A stretch of 64,000 nt of DNA, from assembly GCA_043805995.1 (NCBI GenBank), contig JAZDHJ010000059.1:71-64070 (forward strand), given 5' to 3'. Within the stretch, counting starts at the first letter, position 1. Every line of letters starts with the position of its first letter. Made by a program: the position numbers and the translations under genes. The DNA comes from Candidatus Uhrbacteria bacterium (GTDB taxonomy: Bacteria > Patescibacteriota > Patescibacteriia > UBA9934 > GWF2-40-263). Shown here one piece after another: positions 58,908 through 64,000 of the stretch. Below the pieces are notes generated by a model. The model was not told where the DNA came from. It saw only the letters and a list, made by a program, of their open reading frames with translations, and searched no databases.

Positions 58908-59476
58908 ACAATCTGTTTTTCTTCCGGATTCACCAAACCACCGCTAAGTTCCTGAATCATTTGATCGATTTGGACATTGTTATGGAAACTTTCAAAATCA
59001 GGCAGTTCGGCAACGCCGTGAATACCCAAATGACGAAGCATTTCCAAAGAAACCGAATAAACCGGTTGGAGTTTTGTGATGTCATCTTTTTCTTCGATGA
59101 GTCCGCGCACCAAAAGATTCCTCAAAATCAAAGTACAGTTTACACCACGGATCTGCTCGATCTCCGGTTTAGTCATCGGTCCGCGATAAGCGATGATGGT
59201 CAAAGTCTCAAGCGAAGGCCTGGTCAGTTCCCCACCCATATCTTCCTTAGCAAAAGTTTTGACAGCCTCGGCTGCATTCGGATTAGTCGCGAGCTGCAAT
59301 TTTCCCTCTTGCTCAACAACTTGAATACCGGAACTTTCGACATTGCGAAGATTTTTAAGTTCATCAATGGCTTCACGCAAAGTTTCTTGATTGGTATTTA
59401 AAGCCTTAATCAAAACTTTCAAATCGAGCGGCTTGGCGGCGGCAAAAAGTATGGCCTCCAGAGTAGCAATAAGCAT
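58904..59476 (-). CDS. scpB: Segregation and condensation protein B
   Basis: Winged-helix ScpB N-terminus LEAILFAAAKPLDLKVL...; TLTIIAYRGPMTKPEIEQIRG. Confidence 0.85.
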   Translation of the reverse strand: MLIATLEAILFAAAKPLDLKVLIKALNTNQETLREAIDELKNLRNVESSGIQVVEQEGKLQLATNPNAAEAVKTFAKEDMGGELTRPSLETLTIIAYRGPMTKPEIEQIRGVNCTLILRNLLVRGLIEEKDDITKLQPVYSVSLEMLRHLGIHGVAELPDFESFHNNVQIDQMIQELSGGLVNPEEKQIV

Positions 59477-59479
59477 ATG

Positions 59480-60010
59480 TTAAAAATTTTCTTTATCGCC
59501 GATCAAACTTTTTTGACCAGTTATAACATCAAATTGATAATTAAATTCTTTCCCTGTTTTATCAAGTTCTTTATAAAAAACCCTTTGGCTGTCAGTCGAC
59601 CAATTAAAACCATCGAAAACTACTTCGCTTTCTTCGGTCGGAAAAATTGTTTGACCACTAGCTGATTCAATTCGAAAAATATTTATTCTTAAATTCATTC
59701 CTTTATCCCAAACTGGATAAGCGATCCATTTATTATTTGGCGAAATCGAAAACTCGGTTGGTTCGAAAGACTCATCATCCATATAAAAAACTTCGAAATC
59801 GGTTTTAATCTTCTCATTGTCAGGCAAAATTTTATAAAGTTCCCAGACATTTTTTTCATCATTGGCCAAAAAAATAAAATTTTGAGGTGAAACAATTTGT
59901 TGCGACTGGTTATTTTTTTCTTTTAAGACTAAACCGAGCCAGAAAATTAAAACCAAAACTGCTAAGGCTAGAAAAAATGGAATAATTTTGTTTTTTTGTT
60001 CTTTCAACAT
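59480..60010 (-). CDS. Hypothetical membrane-anchored protein
   Basis: Start set at MLKEQKNK, because the upstream codons of the track ORF (MAGSRQSPTSAGE) translate the cruciform repeat. Confidence 0.45.
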   Translation of the reverse strand: MLKEQKNKIIPFFLALAVLVLIFWLGLVLKEKNNQSQQIVSPQNFIFLANDEKNVWELYKILPDNEKIKTDFEVFYMDDESFEPTEFSISPNNKWIAYPVWDKGMNLRINIFRIESASGQTIFPTEESEVVFDGFNWSTDSQRVFYKELDKTGKEFNYQFDVITGQKSLIGDKENF

Positions 60011-60032
60011 ATTTTGGGAATGTCTAATTTCT

Positions 60033-60083
60033 CCCGCCGACGTTGGACTTTGGCGGGATCCCGCCAAAAGCCTCTGCCGGCGG
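60033..60083. promoter_or_regulatory. Nested cruciform element immediately 5' of a start codon
   Basis: CCCGCCGACGTTGGACTTTGGCGGGATCCCGCCAAAAGCCTCTGCCGGCGGG. Confidence 0.45.
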
Positions 60084-60198
60084 GATAATGTCTAATGACA
60101 AATGATGGATTTTAATATTTAAATCTTGTTTTTCTTTATACCACCAAAAAATCAAGACAATCCTTTAATCAAGTGAATCAAGGTTCAGACAAATAATT

Positions 60199-60891
60199 TT
60201 ATTCAACCCGAATCAACTCGATATCTTCAAAATTTTTACTTTGTTGAACTCTAACAATTCGCTGTTTAACGAGTTCAAGTAAGGCCAAAAAACTCACCAC
60301 AATATCAGCTCGAGATTTGGCACCACTGATGACATCGGAAAAACTAAATTTCGCTCGTTCCAAAACCGCCCGCTGAATATCACGAATTTTTTCTTCGACC
60401 GTGGCCACACGTTCGAGTGAGGCTTGTCGTAAAGCAAAAAATGGTTCGAGTTTTTTTATCAAACTCTTAAAAGCTTCAGCTAGCAAACCACTGTTCAAAT
60501 TTTCTGGTGGCCGAAAACCTGGTTCAACCGGTAATGGCACATAAGGTCTGGTATAAAGAGCGACGCCGCTATTATATTTAACTTCCATTTCCCTGGCCAC
60601 TTCAATAAAAGCTCGGTAAAGACGTAACTGGGCGGCCAAAGTATTTGGATCTTCGGCCTCAAGAATCGGCGCCGGTAATATTGAATTTGATTTAATGAGC
60701 AAAAGTTTAGCCGCCACAATCAAAAAATCCGCCAATTCGTCGGCTGGTACATTAGAATTTTCTAGATACTTAAGATAATCGCCGGTGACCTGGGCGAGCG
60801 AAACCTCGGAAATTGGCAACTCGTCTTTTTCAATAAGACCGAGGAGTAATTCGAGAGGACCGGAGAATTTTTCGAGCGAGACTTGGTACAT
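60199..60891 (-). CDS. scpA: Segregation and condensation protein A
   Basis: LEKFSGPLELLLGLIEKDELPISEVSLAQVTGDYL N-terminal kleisin motif. Confidence 0.85.
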   Translation of the reverse strand: MYQVSLEKFSGPLELLLGLIEKDELPISEVSLAQVTGDYLKYLENSNVPADELADFLIVAAKLLLIKSNSILPAPILEAEDPNTLAAQLRLYRAFIEVAREMEVKYNSGVALYTRPYVPLPVEPGFRPPENLNSGLLAEAFKSLIKKLEPFFALRQASLERVATVEEKIRDIQRAVLERAKFSFSDVISGAKSRADIVVSFLALLELVKQRIVRVQQSKNFEDIELIRVE

Positions 60892-60893
60892 TA

Positions 60894-62291
60894 TTATTTC
60901 AATTTAATATGCACATCAGACAAGGTTTTTTCTGGCAGTTCACTTGGTGCGCCCATCATCAAATCTCGGGCGTCACCGGTTTTTGGCATTGGTATAACTT
61001 CGCGAATATTCGGCTCATTGGCCAATATCATAATAATACGATCAATGCCCGGAGCGATACCACCATGTGGTGGCGCACCAAAAGAAAAAGCCTCCAACAT
61101 GTGACCAAATTGGGATTGAATTTGTTCTTCATTAAAACCCATGATTTCCAAAACCTTATGCAAAGCATCGGCGGAATGATTACGGATACTGCCACCACCG
61201 GCTTCATAGCCATTTAAAACGATATCGTATTGGGTAGTGAGAATATCACCGATGTTTTCTTGATTCATCAATTGTTCTCGATGTTCAGGAATAGCCGCCG
61301 AGAAAGGATTGTGAGTAAAGGTCCAGCCGCCTTCTTCGGTTTTTTCAAAAAACGGAAAATCAATCACCCAGCAAAAAGCCAAAAGATTTGGATCGTTTTT
61401 ATCCTCACGAAGATCAGGCTTATCGCAACCATATTTTTCCATTGATTCCTGGTAAGACAAACGAGGAAACGGCACTTGTTGAATTCGTTTTTCTGGCGTT
61501 ACAGTCTTAACCATCTCAATCATCATTTCTTCGATCAAGCTCATAACATCCTCACGCTCGACAAAAGACATTTCCAAATCAAGCTGAGTGAATTCAGGTT
61601 GACGATCGCCACGTTGATCTTCATCGCGGAAGCAACGAGCGACCTGAAAATATCTTTCCACTCCACCGACCATTAACAACTGTTTAAACTGCTGGGGTGA
61701 TTGCGGCAACACATACATTTGGCCAGCGTGAATACGTGAAGGCACCAAAAATTCGCGAGCGCCTTCTGGAGTGCCTTTAGTTAAAATTGGTGTTTCAACC
61801 TCAATAAAATCTCTTTGATGCAAAAAACCGCGAAAAAAAGTTTCAACTTTATCACGCAAGATTAAATTTTTATGCAGGCGTTCGCTGCGCAAATCGAGAT
61901 ATCGATATTTCAAACGAAGTTCCTCGTTAACACCGATGGTATCTTTATCGATTTCGAACGGTGGTGTTTTGCAGGTGTTTAAAACTTTAAAAGATTTGGC
62001 AGCTACCTCAACCGTACCGGTTGGCATGTCTGGGTTGAGTTGCTTTTCTCCACGTTTTTGCACCACACCCTCAATTTCCAAAACATATTCCCCACCGACC
62101 TCATCAACAGCTTTTAACGAAACCTCGTCGAGATCTGGTTTATAACAAACAACTTGAACAATACCACTACGATCTCGCAAGTCGATAAAAACGAGTTTCT
62201 CACCCATGCGACGAATGCAATGAGCCCAACCATTAAGTTTTACCGTTTCCCCCACTTTATTTATTGTTTGGCTATTCCAGGTTCTGGTCAT
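60894..62291 (-). CDS. aspS: Aspartate--tRNA ligase, short form without the GAD insertion
   Basis: FRDEDQRGDRQPEFTQLDLE (motif 2); HNPFSA...GGGSIRNH...GAPPHGGIAPGIDRI...IPMPKT (motif 3) matches bacterial AspRS. Confidence 0.8.
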   Translation of the reverse strand: MTRTWNSQTINKVGETVKLNGWAHCIRRMGEKLVFIDLRDRSGIVQVVCYKPDLDEVSLKAVDEVGGEYVLEIEGVVQKRGEKQLNPDMPTGTVEVAAKSFKVLNTCKTPPFEIDKDTIGVNEELRLKYRYLDLRSERLHKNLILRDKVETFFRGFLHQRDFIEVETPILTKGTPEGAREFLVPSRIHAGQMYVLPQSPQQFKQLLMVGGVERYFQVARCFRDEDQRGDRQPEFTQLDLEMSFVEREDVMSLIEEMMIEMVKTVTPEKRIQQVPFPRLSYQESMEKYGCDKPDLREDKNDPNLLAFCWVIDFPFFEKTEEGGWTFTHNPFSAAIPEHREQLMNQENIGDILTTQYDIVLNGYEAGGGSIRNHSADALHKVLEIMGFNEEQIQSQFGHMLEAFSFGAPPHGGIAPGIDRIIMILANEPNIREVIPMPKTGDARDLMMGAPSELPEKTLSDVHIKLK

Positions 62292-62318
62292 AAATTTTTA
62301 TTTAAAATTTAGCTAACT

Positions 62319-62567
62319 TTAGTCAATTTTTATCGTTCCTAAATATTTGTAAAATTGGGTAGAAAAATCTGGGTTAATGTTTTGATTGTCAGTCACGACT
62401 GTGTTTTCCTCAGTTTTTAGATTGTGTAAAATCAATTTTCCGTCTTGATCAATAACTAAAGTATCATCAAACCAATCCAAAGGAAAAGAAAAGGCGTCAC
62501 AAATTTCTGGCTTGGTCAAATTTTTTTCAACTTTGGTCTGCCAAAAACAATCTTGGTCATCAATCAA
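62319..62567 (-). CDS. Hypothetical small ORF, possibly the C-terminal part of a disrupted gene together with 62628-63527
   Basis: ORF only; 60-nt gap and a frame change relative to the upstream ORF. Confidence 0.3.
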   Translation of the reverse strand: MIDDQDCFWQTKVEKNLTKPEICDAFSFPLDWFDDTLVIDQDGKLILHNLKTEENTVVTDNQNINPDFSTQFYKYLGTIKID

Positions 62568-62627
62568 ACCGACTGTCTTACCATCAGGCGACCAAATTGC
62601 ATTAGAAATTTCTCCTAAACTGCCTCG

Positions 62628-63527
62628 CTATAGTTCCTTGGTCTCACCACTTGGCAAATCAACCCCATTAACAATAGTTAAGTTGTCCGTTCGTTTATTA
62701 ATAAGATAAGTAATCTTTTCATTATCACCATCATACCAAGTGACCCAGTCTGATTCTTCAGCGTCGGTTTTAAGTCGAGAAATTTCTTGCCATTCATTAG
62801 TGGCCAAAGAAACTTTCCAAAAAATATCATCGTTTATAGCCTCGATTGTTCGACCCCAAACATAAATATCGTTTCCATTGTCGGAAATAAACCAAACGCC
62901 AGCTTCGGCCATTTCATAACCAATATTAGACCATCTAATCTCCGTAGTTCCAATCAAATCATCGTTTTTATTAAAGGCTTTTATAGCCAAACCATCACGA
63001 GCAACTGGCATTTCCCCAGAACCAAAATTTAAACCCTGGCCGGTAACAAAAAATTCACCATTATTGGAACTAATCTTATAAACTTCTGTTTGTTTTTCTT
63101 GACCATCTAAACTCAAATCTTTCCAAGTCTCGCCGTTGAAAAAAGAAATATAATATCCATTCTTATAAAGTACCGGCTGTTCGTTCTCAAAAGTTTTTAG
63201 AATTTCTTTTTCACCGCTTTCGATTCGATATCGATAAATAGTTTTATCGTTGGTTGTTGTCCAACCATTGGCTTCACTATCCCAAACATCTTCGCTTTGC
63301 GAAACACTAAAAACAATATAAGTTCCAGGTTGTAAAACAACTTCACGATAATAAAAGGGCAAATAAGGTTCTGCTTCGTACCCAAGGTTAAAATCCGGCC
63401 AACCACCGCACCAAGCCAAACCGCTCGATTGTGTAGACGCACTCCAACGACAAACTGAAAAATTCGCCACCGTTAAAACAGCTCCTAATAAACCAATGAC
63501 AAATAAAGCCGTCCGTAATTTATCCAT
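62628..63527 (-). CDS. Hypothetical secreted protein (299 aa)
   Basis: Signal-like N-terminus LRTALFVIGLLGAVLTVANF; Trp/Tyr-rich. Confidence 0.45.
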   Translation of the reverse strand: MDKLRTALFVIGLLGAVLTVANFSVCRWSASTQSSGLAWCGGWPDFNLGYEAEPYLPFYYREVVLQPGTYIVFSVSQSEDVWDSEANGWTTTNDKTIYRYRIESGEKEILKTFENEQPVLYKNGYYISFFNGETWKDLSLDGQEKQTEVYKISSNNGEFFVTGQGLNFGSGEMPVARDGLAIKAFNKNDDLIGTTEIRWSNIGYEMAEAGVWFISDNGNDIYVWGRTIEAINDDIFWKVSLATNEWQEISRLKTDAEESDWVTWYDGDNEKITYLINKRTDNLTIVNGVDLPSGETKEL

Positions 63528-63579
63528 AAAAAAATTCTTTCCCCTCCCACCCTGGGGGAGGGGTTAGGGGTGGGGGGGC

Positions 63580-64000
63580 CTAAGGCGTCGACCGATTCAA
63601 CGTTCTCGGAAAAGGAATCGTTTCGCGAACGTGATGAACTCCGGTCACCCAACGAACAATTCGCTCTAATCCAGGACCGAAGCCACTGTGTGGTACACTG
63701 CCGTACTTTCGAGTGTTAAGATACCATTCATACTGCTCGAGCGGATAATTTCGATTAACAATTTCTTTTTTTAATTTTTCATAATCTTCTTCACGCTGGC
63801 TACCACCAATAATTTCCCGGCCTTCTTCCGGAGCAATAAGGTCGGCACAAACCGCTCGATAAACTCCGGCCTCGTCGGTGTAATGCTTCATGTAAAAAGC
63901 TTTGACGACGGCTGGGTAATCTTCGATAAAAACTGGCAGTTGATATTTGTTGCCAAGATAAATTTCTTCTTCGGTTGACATGTCGTCGAGTGGATCGACA
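63580..64000 (-). CDS. asnS: Asparagine--tRNA ligase, C-terminal fragment (gene continues beyond the window edge)
   Basis: GGSQREEDYE...EQYEWYLNTRKYGSVPHSGFGPGLERIVRWVTGVHHVRETIPFPRT matches AsnRS motif 3. Confidence 0.8.
   Translation of the reverse strand, partial: VDPLDDMSTEEEIYLGNKYQLPVFIEDYPAVVKAFYMKHYTDEAGVYRAVCADLIAPEEGREIIGGSQREEDYEKLKKEIVNRNYPLEQYEWYLNTRKYGSVPHSGFGPGLERIVRWVTGVHHVRETIPFPRTLNRSTP

Overview
Mostly minus-strand window of a small, gene-dense bacterial genome, about 43-45% GC. The gene content and layout suggest a CPR/Patescibacteria-like organism; that is an inference, not something verified. A likely long minus-strand operon runs from about 32.7 kb down to about 14.6 kb (the giant-protein cluster at 19.8-32.7 kb, then four membrane/TSP3 proteins, ybeY, dgkA and ftsA) and continues, after an inserted HD gene, with ftsZ. 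Other housekeeping genes are ppsA, pyk, htrA, rpsU, hisS, lepB, an LCP gene, der, pth, dprA, topA, a short rel, parAB, scpAB, aspS, an asnS fragment, a GT4 glycosyltransferase, a SAM methyltransferase and a D-Ala-D-Ala carboxypeptidase. There are five tRNAs: Asp-GTC, Val-CAC, initiator fMet, an elongator CAT and Leu-CAA. The most striking locus is at 19.8-32.7 kb. A small VirB2/TrbC-like pilin-fold gene is followed by two genes whose products carry the same pilin-like N-terminal module fused to very large extracellular regions. The larger of the two is 3502 aa and contains IPT/TIG-like repeats, Myxococcus-type Cys-rich CGNG...EECDDGN repeats and a vWA domain. Three paralogous membrane proteins with thrombospondin-type-3 Ca-binding repeats follow. 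The window is unusually rich in structured intergenic repeats. There is a MITE with 18-bp terminal inverted repeats in two full copies and one degenerate copy. A CCTTCGC...CGGAAGG palindromic family abuts tRNA 3' ends and sits beside partial duplications of tRNA 5' ends. A nested cruciform element, CCCGCCG..TTTGGCGGG-ATC-CCGCCAAA..CGGCGGG, lies immediately upstream of start codons. A G-rich GGGGTTAAAGGGG / GGCCTCGCCC...GGCTATGGCCGAGGGG family is also present. A pair of about 105-bp nested-hairpin elements with compensatory substitutions flanks ftsZ. Two GC-elevated insertions look horizontally acquired: an HD-domain gene between ftsA and ftsZ, and an HNH-endonuclease islet next to a MITE copy.
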